From an uncultured Verrucomicrobiae bacterium (lineage in GTDB: Bacteria; Chlamydiota; Chlamydiia; Chlamydiales; Rhabdochlamydiaceae), in assembly GCA_963818965.1 (NCBI GenBank), contig CAWFUG010000009.1, forward strand, positions 320,001-384,000: a DNA stretch of 64,000 nucleotides, written 5' to 3'. Positions 1 to 10,552 of the stretch are shown here, piece by piece (positions within the stretch are counted from its first letter, which is position 1; the number at the start of each line of letters is the position of its first letter). The notes below the pieces were generated by a model. The model ran no database searches, was not told the DNA's origin, and saw nothing but the letters and a program-made list of their open reading frames with translations. The position numbers and the translations under genes were made by a program.

Positions 1-1744
1 CGTAGAGATCGATGATCTCGAGGGGATCGATGATATTGCCCTTCGATTTCGACATCTTCTCCCATTTGGAATGCACGTTCGGAGGGACAGGTTGGCCTAG
101 GTCGTAGGAGATCCGCTCTTCTGGGGTGACGTAGGCAATGCCCGTCTCTTTGCTTTCGCGCCAATACGACTTTCCGTAGATGAGTCCGTGGAGGAATGTT
201 TCGGGAAAAGGGGGCGTATCGAGGACGTATTCTCCCATAAGGATCATCCGGGCTACCCAGAAAAAGAGGATATCGTGCCCTGTGATGAGCGTTGCATTGG
301 GGTAAAACTTTTTAAAATCGTCTGTTTTTTCCGGCCAGCCGAGGACGCTAAAAGGCCAGAGCGCAGAAGAGAACCAGGTATCTAATACATCTTCATCTTG
401 GATCCACGCGTCGGGATGGCGTGCGACTTCTTCAGGGACATTAGGGCCGTCGTAGCAAAGCAGAGTTTCAGGATCGTCTTTTTGGTACCAGATCGGGATC
501 CGGTGTCCCCACCAGAGCTGGCGCGAGATGCACCAATCGCGTAAGTGATCGATCCAGTGAAAATAAGTGTTTTCCCAGTGGACAGGGAGTAGCTTAACCG
601 CTTTTGTCTCTACGAGAGTGCGCAACTTGTCTTTAAAGACACTCATGCGGACGAACCACTGTTTAGAGAGGTAGGGTTCGATCACGGCTTTGGAACGGTA
701 GGAAACGCCCACGTGGAGTTTGTGCGGTTCGATCTTCTCCACCATCTTGAGTGCTTGCATCGCTTCGACGACGGCAGCCCGCGCCTCTTGCATGCTCAGT
801 CCTACAAATTCCCTTCCATTTTCATTGATCTTACCATCGGGGGTCATGATGTTGATCATCGGAAGCTGATGATTGAGTCCGATCTCATAGTCATTGGGAT
901 CGTGCGCAGGGGTGATTTTAACGGCTCCCGTTCCAAATGCGGGGTCAACAAATCGGTCTGCTAGGATCGGAAGGCGCCGGTGTGTCAGAGGGTGTACGAC
1001 GTATTTACCGACAAGAGCTATGTAGCGCTCATCAGAAGGGGAGACGGCGACCGCTGTATCTCCTAGCATCGTCTCAGGACGGGTCGTTGCGACCACGATG
1101 TAACCACTCTTGTCTTCAAGCGGGTAGCGGAAGTGCCAGAGGAAGGAATCCCGTTCTTCCCGTTCTACTTCATCGTCAGCAAGAGCTGTCTGCGTGAGGG
1201 GATCCCAGTGGACGAGGTAATCGCCGCGGTAGATCAACCCCTCATCGAACATCTTCTTGAAGACCTTGCGGACAGCGTGACTGCGCTTCTCATCCATCGT
1301 AAAGCTCAAGCGCGACCAATCGCACGAACAGCCGAGCAGCTTGAGCTGATTTAAAATCTGTCCTTCGCTCTTCTCTTTCCAATCCCAGACGTAGGAGAGA
1401 AATTCTTCTCGAGAGAAATCCTTGCGCCGCTTGCCGTGCGTCGCAATCAAGTTCCTTTCGACGACCGTCTGCGTCGCAATCCCTGCATGGTCAGTGCCCG
1501 GCATCCACAGCGCCTCATAGCCAGACATCCGTTTCCAACGCACCAAAACATCTTGCAGCGTATTGACGAGCGCGTGCCCCATGTGCAAAACGCCCGTGAC
1601 ATTAGGCGGTGGCATCGAAATGCAAAAGGGTGGCTTTGTCGAGTGGGCATCTGCGCTGAAAAAGCCCCCCTCATTCCAAAACTGGTACCACTTCGTCTCG
1701 ACACTCTTCGGATCGTAGGCCTTCGGGATCTCTTGTTCGTCCAT
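1..1744 (-). CDS. valS: Valine--tRNA ligase (runs off window edge)
   Basis: Manual translation from ATG 1744: [16 protein letters not shown]...[16 protein letters not shown] (HIGH-type). KMSKSKGN lies in the same frame near position 55. Confidence 0.96.
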   Translation of the reverse strand, partial: MDEQEIPKAYDPKSVETKWYQFWNEGGFFSADAHSTKPPFCISMPPPNVTGVLHMGHALVNTLQDVLVRWKRMSGYEALWMPGTDHAGIATQTVVERNLIATHGKRRKDFSREEFLSYVWDWKEKSEGQILNQLKLLGCSCDWSRLSFTMDEKRSHAVRKVFKKMFDEGLIYRGDYLVHWDPLTQTALADDEVEREERDSFLWHFRYPLEDKSGYIVVATTRPETMLGDTAVAVSPSDERYIALVGKYVVHPLTHRRLPILADRFVDPAFGTGAVKITPAHDPNDYEIGLNHQLPMINIMTPDGKINENGREFVGLSMQEARAAVVEAMQALKMVEKIEPHKLHVGVSYRSKAVIEPYLSKQWFVRMSVFKDKLRTLVETKAVKLLPVHWENTYFHWIDHLRDWCISRQLWWGHRIPIWYQKDDPETLLCYDGPNVPEEVARHPDAWIQDEDVLDTWFSSALWPFSVLGWPEKTDDFKKFYPNATLITGHDILFFWVARMILMGEYVLDTPPFPETFLHGLIYGKSYWRESKETGIAYVTPEERISYDLGQPVPPNVHSKWEKMSKSKGNIIDPLEIIDLY

Positions 1745-1861
1745 GGGAAATGCTAGGGTAAATCGATGAATCCCCCAGGGTAGCATAGGGAATGCTTTTT
1801 GTGCTGTTTCTTTTTTTTATACTTTTGGTTTAAACTCAGGCAGTTTTCTGGAGGTCAAAAG

Positions 1862-2143
1862 ATGACTAGTTCAGCTTACCATTATACGGAATGTGGCCTA
1901 GAGGGCATCTATATTGTGGGTGGTTACAAATTTATTGACACCCCTAGAGGGCGCGCTGTTTCCATTAAAGATATGGATGAGTTGCATAGAGCGATTGGAT
2001 TATTAGAGGTGAGTGAAGAAGCGATTCGGTATTGGGAAACAGGAGAGGTAATGATACCGAAATCTTCTGAAGTATTAGTAAGGTCTGTCTATAAAAAGCA
2101 TTTACGAGGCTTGGGAATAAGCGGCGTGTACGATTTTTGCTAG
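1862..2143 (+). pseudogene. Internally deleted XRE/HTH antitoxin-like regulator
   Basis: YHYTECGL N-terminus and a WETG HTH end, but LHRAIG joins directly to LLEVSEEAIRYWE, so the first HTH helices appear to be missing. Confidence 0.5.
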
Positions 2144-2332
2144 AGTTTTGATGGTGGGGTTTTTCTGTTTGAGTATTTTGTATTCAGAAACAGATTTACA
2201 ATCGCCAAAGTGCCCATACGACTCGATTTTTTCTATTCTATCGCGAATTTGCACTTGGGACCGATTGGTTTGAGCGTCCAACCAATCTGTAAATTCAGTG
2301 GTTTTAAAGATCTGGTAAGACCCTTCTTTCAT
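2102..2332 (-). pseudogene. RelE/HigB-like addiction toxin N-terminus fused to antitoxin C-terminal remnant
   Basis: KTTEFTDWL...RIEKIESYGHFGDCKSV (killer-protein type) followed abruptly by NPTIKTLAKI (antidote HTH tail). Confidence 0.55.
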
Positions 2333-2565
2333 ATTTAGTTGTATCCTATAGTGGACGTATTTGACAATCGATTTTTTCGCCTAGTCAGTAACCGGGGCAT
2401 GGTAGAGTATAGGGTGAAAGAAATTTTCAGTGTATGCTCTTTTTTTTGATTCTCTAAAAAGATGGAAACCAGCCATTTAAACTTCCAAAGTCGAGTATTA
2501 ATCCTTGTCATAAAATTTGAATTTGTGTGTAGTGGTTTTTTTTTATACGCAACAAGGAGTTCGCT

Positions 2566-3777
2566 ATGAGCAAGAGAATGACAAAGTTTTTCCTGACTCT
2601 CACTGGTATCTTTGGATTGACACAAGTATTTGCTACAGACATCTTTCCTTTTTTCTTACAGCGCCAAGATGGAACTGTCTTGGAAGGCTATTTTTCTCCT
2701 CCGGGTACAATTGAAGCCCCGATTATTTTTGCGATTCAAGGTTCGTCTTGCGAGAGTGTTTTGGAGTGGCATAGGGATTTAAGTGATCAGGTGAGCTCCC
2801 TTGGTTTGGGGGTAATCGTTCTTGAAAAACAGGGGATTTCTGCGGAAGGTGTCAACTTACTCGCCTATAGCCAGACCAATTGTCTTCAAAATCGCCTTGA
2901 AGACTATATTGTGTGCCTTGAAAATGCGCATGTTATCTGTCCAGGATGGGAAGGGAAGCCCATTTTTTGGGGTGAATCTGAGGGGGGTATGCTAGCTGCT
3001 ACTTTGGCCGGCCAAACGCCGCAAACAACTGCTGTGTTGTTATTTGGTGCTGGAGGTGGCATGAAACCTCGAGAAGAGGTAAAATGGACGCTTCATCATC
3101 GCTTGGAGACACATGGAGCCTTGCAAGATGAGATTGATGAGTACATGAGTTTTTTGGATGAACAAATGGATGTTATGATCCTTGATCCTACTTCGGAAAA
3201 CCAATTTTTGGGGAATACATACAAATGGTGGGCTTCTTTTCTTGCTGCAGAAGGGGTTGCAATGCCTTTAAATCAACAATCTCTCCCCATTTATCTTGTC
3301 CATGGGGTTGAAGATAGTCAAATCCCTGTTCTCAGTGCCGATCTCGCCGCTGAGAGTTTAGCAAAGACGAATGCTCTTACCTACCTTCGTTTGGAAGGAT
3401 ATGGCCATAACTTGGATACTGCAGATGTTCAGGACGCGGCTAGTCATTGGCTGAGCTCCATTTTATTTGGGCAAGAGTTATCAAATGATGTCTTTGTAGC
3501 CCAGGCAGCTCCTTCCGCATTAACTTCGTCGGAGGATTGGAAAACGGATATTTCCCATTACATTTTGATTCGAGGAAAAGGAGAATACTATGCTGATGCG
3601 AAAGGGTATAAAGACACAGACGGAAACGAAAGTGCATCTGCTGGCGCTGGAGTTTCGAAGGAGTTTGATAATGGGGCTAGGGTTGATGTAAGGGGGGAAG
3701 CGAATGTCAAAAAGGACAGCAGTGGGAATACAAAAGGAGAAGTGAAGGTTGAAGGAAGGCTATCAAAAGGATTCTAA
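2566..3777 (+). CDS. Secreted alpha/beta hydrolase with beta-strand-rich C-terminal extension
   Basis: Signal peptide, GESEGG nucleophile elbow, HGVEDSQIP and GYGH motifs; Gly/Lys-rich tail ending in Phe. Confidence 0.75.
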   Translation: MSKRMTKFFLTLTGIFGLTQVFATDIFPFFLQRQDGTVLEGYFSPPGTIEAPIIFAIQGSSCESVLEWHRDLSDQVSSLGLGVIVLEKQGISAEGVNLLAYSQTNCLQNRLEDYIVCLENAHVICPGWEGKPIFWGESEGGMLAATLAGQTPQTTAVLLFGAGGGMKPREEVKWTLHHRLETHGALQDEIDEYMSFLDEQMDVMILDPTSENQFLGNTYKWWASFLAAEGVAMPLNQQSLPIYLVHGVEDSQIPVLSADLAAESLAKTNALTYLRLEGYGHNLDTADVQDAASHWLSSILFGQELSNDVFVAQAAPSALTSSEDWKTDISHYILIRGKGEYYADAKGYKDTDGNESASAGAGVSKEFDNGARVDVRGEANVKKDSSGNTKGEVKVEGRLSKGF

Positions 3778-5371
3778 ATATTTAAAATATTTAGTCCTGT
3801 TATTTATAGGCGTTGTGTTGAGTATAGGGGTGCTGTTGTGGCGCCCCTTTTCCGCAGGCTATTATAGTTCTATTGCCGTTACCTTTGGCAGATACGATTA
3901 CCCCTTCATTGCAACCGAAATGCAAAATCAGAGTTCTGCATTGGCGGTTGATATTGGAGGCCGTTTTCCCTTGGCTTTACGCCGCGAAACGCTAGATGGA
4001 ATCCCTGATAAGCAACCTCACGGTACTATCACGGTGCACAACATCGAGGGTTTAAAACGTGAGGCTCCTTCTTATCTCATCCGAAAGCTGAAAGTTGGAG
4101 ATTTGACGTTGAAGAACGTGATCGCCCATGAATCACAGGAAGAGAGTTATGATGCCTTGGGACAGTTTTTGGGAGGAGAATTCAATCTTTTTATAGACTT
4201 TCCACATTCTCGCATCATCGCCTGTGATACTTTTTCCAAACTCCAGGAAAAAAAACTCGCTGGCAAACATTGGGTGCGTACTCCTTTTGAGATGCATTGT
4301 GGTGGTATTGTTCTCAATGTCGATACCGATTCTGGGACTCGTAGGTTTGCTATCAACACAACTTGTACCTTCTCCCACCTTCGTTCATCTCTTATTCCTT
4401 CCGGTCAAACCTCTATCTCATCCTCTTTTTCTCTGGAAGGGAAACGATTTGGCAATGTCGTGTTTCGATCCATCGATTTGCCAGAGGGTCTTAGTGGAAT
4501 TGATGGATTTATCGGTGTAGATTTCCTTAGAACTCATGTCATTTATATCGATTACAAGAGCAAAATTGCTTATATTGAGCCCCCCGAGACATATTATGAA
4601 CATATCCCTGTTACTTTTGTCAGTCGCGGCAGTCCCACCGTCAATGTATCTATCGAAGGAAATGTTTATCCTTTAGAAATTGACCTTGGTAGCTCCTTTC
4701 CTTTTTCTTTGCACCAGGAGATTTTGCAAAATATACATAAAACTTCTTACGGCACTGCCGAGTGGAGCGATTTTAGAGGGCAAAGATATGAATCCCCCGC
4801 CTATAAAATTCCTGAGGTCAAAATTGGTAACTTGGTGTTCATCAATCAGATTGCTACACAAAATAGAGATGATTTTCATATCAATGCTACATTAGAGGCA
4901 CCTGCTTCTCAACCTATAGGGGTCATTGGACTTCCCATTCTTGAAAAATATAATCTGTTCTTGGATTTCCCCCATTCTGCAATGTATGCTAGCAATGATT
5001 ATCAAACCCTCCAGCAAGCCGATCTTTTATCTCAAGATCTTCTTGCCATTCCCTTTACTCTTCATCCGGATGGCATTTTATTCTCTGTTGAAACAGATGC
5101 CGGCATTCATCGCTTTCTCCTTGATACAGGCTGTACGTCTACAGCTGTACGAGCGCCACATCAGGCCTATACAAAGAAATTTCGCATTATGGGTTATGAT
5201 TTTGGAGGGCGTTTCATTAGAGCCATTGATTTGAATCCTCGCTTTGAGTTTGATGGCATTTTGGGTATGGATTTCCTTCTCGAATATTCTTGCTTTATTG
5301 ACTATTCTAATAAGCTTCTTTTCATCGATCTTCAAAAAGATCTCGCAAAAACTCAGTTGTCTGAACTTTGA
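3749..5371 (+). CDS. Membrane-anchored multi-domain retropepsin-like aspartyl protease
   Basis: N-terminal TM; four repeats with VDIGG/INTTC/IDLGS/LDTGC and GxLG-type motifs (DGFIGVDFL, DGILGMDFL). Confidence 0.7.
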   Translation: MKEGYQKDSKYLKYLVLLFIGVVLSIGVLLWRPFSAGYYSSIAVTFGRYDYPFIATEMQNQSSALAVDIGGRFPLALRRETLDGIPDKQPHGTITVHNIEGLKREAPSYLIRKLKVGDLTLKNVIAHESQEESYDALGQFLGGEFNLFIDFPHSRIIACDTFSKLQEKKLAGKHWVRTPFEMHCGGIVLNVDTDSGTRRFAINTTCTFSHLRSSLIPSGQTSISSSFSLEGKRFGNVVFRSIDLPEGLSGIDGFIGVDFLRTHVIYIDYKSKIAYIEPPETYYEHIPVTFVSRGSPTVNVSIEGNVYPLEIDLGSSFPFSLHQEILQNIHKTSYGTAEWSDFRGQRYESPAYKIPEVKIGNLVFINQIATQNRDDFHINATLEAPASQPIGVIGLPILEKYNLFLDFPHSAMYASNDYQTLQQADLLSQDLLAIPFTLHPDGILFSVETDAGIHRFLLDTGCTSTAVRAPHQAYTKKFRIMGYDFGGRFIRAIDLNPRFEFDGILGMDFLLEYSCFIDYSNKLLFIDLQKDLAKTQLSEL

Positions 5372-5629
5372 ACATTGGGGTCCACCTTATGGGTATAGTG
5401 ACACAAAGACGCCAGGCCGCGAAGACGTGGGGAAAGACAAAATCAGGCCCTTGGAGCGAGCGGTAAGGAAATGGTAGAATGATCTAATGATATAAATGAT
5501 GAAGAAAGAAATATTTTGTTGTATGCAGATTCGGTTTTCAGAAAAATAAAAAATTTCTATCATTCATAAGTGTATCCTTCCTATCATTTCCTTAGCTCTC
5601 TCTGCTGGAGTTCTATTGAGGGCTGTGCA

Positions 5630-5705
5630 TCCAATATGCTCAAAACAGGCAAATGTGCACTTTTGAGCATATTGGATTGACAGGGAGATCTTGCTTATTT
5701 ATAAT
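5630..5705 (+). promoter_or_regulatory. 16-bp perfect inverted repeat followed by consensus sigma70/sigma66 promoter
   Basis: TCCAATATGCTCAAAA-N15-TTTTGAGCATATTGGA (5630-5676), then TTGACA(5677)-17 bp-TATAAT(5700). Confidence 0.8.
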
Positions 5706-5712
5706 AAGCGTT

Positions 5713-7164
5713 ATGAAACCATTTGTAGGAAGAGAGAAAGAGCTAGAGCGTCTGGAAGATCTGTCTCGGTCAGGTCGGGCCTGTATTGCTGTCATTAAAG
5801 GACGCCGTCGGATTGGGAAGAGTCGACTTGTGGAAGAGTTCGGCAGAGGGAAAGTGTTTTTGTCCTTCAGCGGACAGGCTCCTGTTAAGAAGGTTACTGC
5901 GCAGGTTCAGCGAGATGGTTTTGCTCGTCAGTTGGCGGCTTTGTTTCATTTGCCCCCCTTTACTTTTACCGATTGGACGGATGGGTTTGCTCATCTAACA
6001 AGATGTCTGACAGAAAAACCGACGGTTATTCTCTTTGATGAGATTTCCTGGATGGCTTCAAAGGATCCCACTTTTGTCCCTAAATTGAAGGTCTGGTGGG
6101 ATCTCGTCTTGCAGAACCACCCGTCTGTCGTTTTCATTTTGTGTGGTTCTATTTCGACGTGGATCGATAAAAACATCATCAATAGCACGGCCCTTTTTGG
6201 AAGGGTTTCCCTTTACCTCGAATTGACAGAATTATCGCTTCCACAGTGCCGAGATTTTTTGCATTTAAAAGGTTTTAAAGGCTCAGACCTCGATTTATTC
6301 AAGATTCTCTGTGTGACAGGTGGGGTGCCCTGGTATTTGGAACAGATCCAGACAGATAAGAGTGCGGAAGAGAATATTAGACGTCTCTGTTTTGAAAAAG
6401 AGGGTCTTTTGGTCCATGAATTTGAACGGATCTTCAATGATCTTTTCAGTTCAAGAGGGGAGATTTATAAGAAAATCATCAAGGCACTTGGACAGGGGAT
6501 GAAAGATCGGGCAACGTTGCAAAAAGTGACGGCCTATTCACCGAGTGGTACACTGACTCATCATCTCAAGGCTCTTGAAATTTGCGGATTTGTGAGCAAG
6601 CATCCCGATTGGTCTTTAAAAACGGGAAAACTGGGAAAATCGACCCTCTATCGACTCTCTGATAACTATCTGCGTTTTTATACCCATTACATCGAACCTA
6701 ACCTTGCCAAAATCGAGCAGGGGTCGTTTTCTGAGGTGCCTCTTTCGAGTTTGCCAGGCTGGGAACCGATGATTGGATTTCAGCTGGAAAACCTGCTATT
6801 AAAAAACAGATCTCTAGTCTACAAGGCTTTAGGGATCCATCCTCAGGACATTCTCTTCGATAATCCCTATGTGCAAAAGGCGTCGGGAAGGAGGAAAGGA
6901 TGTCAGATCGATTATTTACTTCAAATGCAGTCGAATACTCTCTTTGTTTGTGAAATCAAGATGCGCCGCCGTGAGTTGGGCCTTGAGGTTATCGATGCCA
7001 TGAAAACCAAAATAGCTTCCTTTGACTTCCCCAAAGGTTTCGGAATTGCCCCTGTCTTGTTTCATTTGGGACTCGTATCTGACGCTCTTCTGAACAGTCG
7101 TTATTTCTACCGGATCATCGATGTCGCCGACTTAATGAATAGACCCCTTCCACCTCAATCGTAA
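5713..7164 (+). CDS. AAA-family (archaeal-type) ATPase with C-terminal PD-(D/E)XK-like domain
   Basis: FVGREKEL, Walker A GRRRIGKS, Walker B ILFDE, TGGVPWY, C-terminal QIDYL...VCEIK. Confidence 0.85.
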   Translation: MKPFVGREKELERLEDLSRSGRACIAVIKGRRRIGKSRLVEEFGRGKVFLSFSGQAPVKKVTAQVQRDGFARQLAALFHLPPFTFTDWTDGFAHLTRCLTEKPTVILFDEISWMASKDPTFVPKLKVWWDLVLQNHPSVVFILCGSISTWIDKNIINSTALFGRVSLYLELTELSLPQCRDFLHLKGFKGSDLDLFKILCVTGGVPWYLEQIQTDKSAEENIRRLCFEKEGLLVHEFERIFNDLFSSRGEIYKKIIKALGQGMKDRATLQKVTAYSPSGTLTHHLKALEICGFVSKHPDWSLKTGKLGKSTLYRLSDNYLRFYTHYIEPNLAKIEQGSFSEVPLSSLPGWEPMIGFQLENLLLKNRSLVYKALGIHPQDILFDNPYVQKASGRRKGCQIDYLLQMQSNTLFVCEIKMRRRELGLEVIDAMKTKIASFDFPKGFGIAPVLFHLGLVSDALLNSRYFYRIIDVADLMNRPLPPQS

Positions 7165-7168
7165 CCAC
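7140..7168. repeat. Isolated arm of TATACC palindromic element
   Basis: 28/29 identical to 58397-58425. Confidence 0.85.
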
Positions 7169-7712
7169 TTCTTTTTTGATCCGCCAAAAATAGCGCTGTG
7201 CAGAAGACCCCATCCACAGGAGCGCCGGACGCCATTTGCTGGCGGATTTCCTCTGGGGTCATGAGCTGAGTCTCGATGAGCTCGAAGGGCTCTCTTTCGG
7301 GGGGCTGCTTCCATTCGATCGCTTCGATGAGGATGAAGTGGATCGATTGTTCTGTGACAGAGGGGAGGGGAAAGATTGTGCCGATGGGGGTGGCTTTTGC
7401 TCCCGCGTAGCCGGTCTCTTCGAGCAGCTCTCGTTTGGCGGCGTCGAGGGGCGACTCGCCTGGGTCGATTCGGCCACCGGGGCAACCTAAGAGCCATTTG
7501 CCGACAGGGTGGCGGTACTCTTTAGTTACCAGAAACTTTCCGTCCGCAGTTTTGGCCACAATGGCTACGGCGTCGACGCCGATGTGGATGACGGTGTAGG
7601 CAAGAGTTGGGCCATGGGGCAGTTTTAAGTGATCGATCCGGACGTCGAGGTAACCTTTGTGGACGGTTTCGCTCTTTGTCACTTCAGGGATAGGAGTAGC
7701 GGGTTTTGACAT
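7155..7712 (-). CDS. NUDIX hydrolase (ADP-ribose pyrophosphatase-like)
   Basis: Nudix box GRIDPGESPLDAAKRELLEETGY; EYRHP. Confidence 0.9.
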   Translation of the reverse strand: MSKPATPIPEVTKSETVHKGYLDVRIDHLKLPHGPTLAYTVIHIGVDAVAIVAKTADGKFLVTKEYRHPVGKWLLGCPGGRIDPGESPLDAAKRELLEETGYAGAKATPIGTIFPLPSVTEQSIHFILIEAIEWKQPPEREPFELIETQLMTPEEIRQQMASGAPVDGVFCTALFLADQKRSGYD

Positions 7713-10461
7713 TTTTGAACTCTTTTTTGATCTGTTTGACGATCTGATCTCGTTTTTTAAATTCATTCGCACAGTGGTAGTAGAGCTGGAGCTGGCGGTA
7801 GAACTGGATCCTTTCCCAGGGGAATGCGTGCGTGATCCACCCTTTTTTTAGGGAGATTTTCTTTTTGAGAAAAGAGCTCAAGAGCATTGTTGTTGGGGGA
7901 TTGGGGAGGTCTTCCGTTCCGCTGAAATGGGAGAAGGCGATTTCCTTGCCCTCTTTTTGTCTCAAGAGACATCCCATGAGGGAATAGAAAGGGGAGTACC
8001 CGTCGGTCAATTGTTCGATGGGGTGTTTTTCGAGCAAGCGCTCTGCTTTTTCCCAATCGCTTTGCAAGAGTGCTGTCTGAATGGCTAAGGGGTCGAAGAG
8101 GGCAGTCTCAGGGATGGGATAGGTGGCGAAAGCGTGAGCGGCCACTTTTACTTGATTCTGAAGGAGAGTTTGGTCGAGGAGGAAATAGAGGCAGCGTTCT
8201 TGTGCTTCATTGAAGGGGGCAGAGAATGTCCTAAAGAACAGCTCGAGGGCGGCTTTGGGCCCTTTTTGGAAGAGGTGAAGGGCCGTTGCGATCTCTTTTT
8301 TTTCTCGTAGCGATGAGGGGAGACTTTCCACAACCCAATGTTCCAACCTGAGCGCCAAAAGGGCATAGATCGCATTGGATACATCCCCCTCATCGGTTCC
8401 ATTTTCGATGATTTCGATGAGTGGAAAGGGTTTGGGGATCCAGAAACTCAAAACAGTGGTTAACAGGCCTGTGTCGGATGCTGTGGGCAAGAAGAAGGGG
8501 AGCGCTTCGAGGTGATTTTTTAAGCTGGTAATGAGATTTTCGTTGTCGCGTTGGTGAAAGATCGCAGGGAGTTGTGAAAGTGCGAGGAGCGCGAAGTGGT
8601 AAGCTGCCACGCGGTCTTTTGCTGAGGATTCGTGTAGGCGGAAGACGATCTGCTCCTTAATCCGCGACAGTAAGGGGTGTTTGGGGTACTTGCGCAAAGA
8701 GAGCTCTAGGCACTTGATCTCCTCCTCGATCTCTGTATTCGCCTTATACACGAGGGATTTGCCGAGGTATTCTAGGGGAGCATCTGGAGTGAACCGCAAT
8801 TTGCCAAACTCCTCTAAAGCGAGAAGGTATTGGAGCTCCCTTGCCTTTTTGTCCTTGCATTTCACTACAGCCTCTAGGAGGGTAATCCCTGCGCGAAAGA
8901 GGGCTTCTCTCCCTTCGGCTCTTCTCGCAAAGGAGTTGGCGATGCGCCGGTATTCTGCGAGTGCTTTGGTGTAGTTTTTATTCCCTAGGAAAGCATCGGG
9001 AACGGCGAGGCAATGGACCATCGCGTTTTGGCTGCCGATACTTACCTTGATCGCCTTGAGCTCAAAATCGGCATCTCTGCAGAGCAATCCTAAGTGGCTC
9101 CCTGTCGCAGGGATGTGGCTGATGTATCTGCAAATCGGTTTTTCATCGAGGAAGAGATCGAGGTGGTGATCCACTTTTTCGATCGTGACGTGATACCATT
9201 TCTCTGTTGAGAGAGAAGCTTCCTGAATCGGCATCACTTCGACATGGTGACGGTAGAGATAGGAGGCCTTGCCCAACCAAAGACAATACCCCTCATTCCA
9301 ACCTTTACGCTCGATCACATCGGGAACGGCGAGTAAGAAACCGATCCCTTCAGAGTCGGAGCCTAATTTAAAGTCAGCTTCGATCTTGATATTTCCAGTG
9401 AATGACGCCTTCGAGATCATCAGGTTGACCCATTCCATGACATCGGCAGAGCGGGTGATCGCGAGGTGTTTGGTCATCAAGATGTTCTCTTGAAACTCCC
9501 AGTCGTTGCGGGAATCGATCTTCAAAATTGCCGTCGGAATCCACTCCGCTCTCCCCTCGAGAAAATTCTTGATCTCTTCGATGAGCTCATCGACACTTTG
9601 GAACCGCTCCTCTTTGGCAAAACGGAGGCATCGCTTAGCGATGTCAGAGAGGTGTTGAGGGATATCTCGATGGGGGGCGAGCTCAAGGGGGTCACGTAAG
9701 GTTTCTAGATGCATTGTCTTGCGAAAGCTCTTAACGGTCGATCGACGAAAGGGGGGTCTCAGGGTCAGGAGCTGGTAGAGGATAACGCCGAGGGAATAGA
9801 TATCCACGGTCACATCAGAGAGATCCCCTTGTACGCGCTCCGGGGCGATGTAGTTCAAAGTCCCTGGGACTTTACCGGGGCGTGTCAGATCCTTGTAGTC
9901 TTCTGAAAGAGGGAGGATCTCTTCTGAGAACGCCTCCTTTTGCCCGATCAAATCGGCGAGTCCCCAGTCTAAGATCAAGACCTCCCCATATTTTCCCACG
10001 ATGATGTTATCGGGTTTGATGTCTCGGTGGACGATCCCCTTAGCATGGGTATAGGCAATGGCTTGACATACGGAGAGGAAAATACGGGTTAGGGCTAAGG
10101 TCGAGCTCCCGATCGGATGGCCCGCTTCCCCCTCTTTTTCTTGCGAGGAAGCCTCTTTTAAAATCTCTTTGAGCGTCTGTCCTTCGACAAATGGCATCGT
10201 GTAGAAGACTTCGAGTCCACCCGTCTCGATCGAAAAAATCGGAATGATCGAAGGGTGGTTGAGCTGCGCTGCGACATGGGCCTCCCTTAAAAAACGCTCC
10301 TTGATGACCTCGTATTTAGAGAGGTCTTGGCGGATGCATTTGAGGGCAACAGTGCGTTTGCAGAGAGGATCGAACGCGAGGAAGACCTCTCCCATACCCC
10401 CCTTACCGAGGCTCTTTACGATCTCATAATGGCCGATCTTTTCTGGAAAAATCTCTTGCAT
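7684..10461 (-). CDS. pknD: Chlamydial Ser/Thr protein kinase PknD-like
   Basis: LGKGGMGEV, VALK, HRDIKPDN, DWG, GTLNYIAPE; ~925 aa; near valS as in Chlamydia. Start could be 10515. Confidence 0.85.
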   Translation of the reverse strand: MQEIFPEKIGHYEIVKSLGKGGMGEVFLAFDPLCKRTVALKCIRQDLSKYEVIKERFLREAHVAAQLNHPSIIPIFSIETGGLEVFYTMPFVEGQTLKEILKEASSQEKEGEAGHPIGSSTLALTRIFLSVCQAIAYTHAKGIVHRDIKPDNIIVGKYGEVLILDWGLADLIGQKEAFSEEILPLSEDYKDLTRPGKVPGTLNYIAPERVQGDLSDVTVDIYSLGVILYQLLTLRPPFRRSTVKSFRKTMHLETLRDPLELAPHRDIPQHLSDIAKRCLRFAKEERFQSVDELIEEIKNFLEGRAEWIPTAILKIDSRNDWEFQENILMTKHLAITRSADVMEWVNLMISKASFTGNIKIEADFKLGSDSEGIGFLLAVPDVIERKGWNEGYCLWLGKASYLYRHHVEVMPIQEASLSTEKWYHVTIEKVDHHLDLFLDEKPICRYISHIPATGSHLGLLCRDADFELKAIKVSIGSQNAMVHCLAVPDAFLGNKNYTKALAEYRRIANSFARRAEGREALFRAGITLLEAVVKCKDKKARELQYLLALEEFGKLRFTPDAPLEYLGKSLVYKANTEIEEEIKCLELSLRKYPKHPLLSRIKEQIVFRLHESSAKDRVAAYHFALLALSQLPAIFHQRDNENLITSLKNHLEALPFFLPTASDTGLLTTVLSFWIPKPFPLIEIIENGTDEGDVSNAIYALLALRLEHWVVESLPSSLREKKEIATALHLFQKGPKAALELFFRTFSAPFNEAQERCLYFLLDQTLLQNQVKVAAHAFATYPIPETALFDPLAIQTALLQSDWEKAERLLEKHPIEQLTDGYSPFYSLMGCLLRQKEGKEIAFSHFSGTEDLPNPPTTMLLSSFLKKKISLKKGWITHAFPWERIQFYRQLQLYYHCANEFKKRDQIVKQIKKEFKNVKTRYSYP

Positions 10462-10552
10462 GTCGACCGGTATACCAGGTCTATTTACTCTTTGCAAGAG
10501 CGGTTTTAGTTTCAAAGAAAACGAGAAATTTGGCAGACTGCGTATCTAAAAA

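Noticed and set aside
5372..5560. Possible polymorphic toxin tip remnant
   Set aside because: Too short and interrupted by stops to assign.
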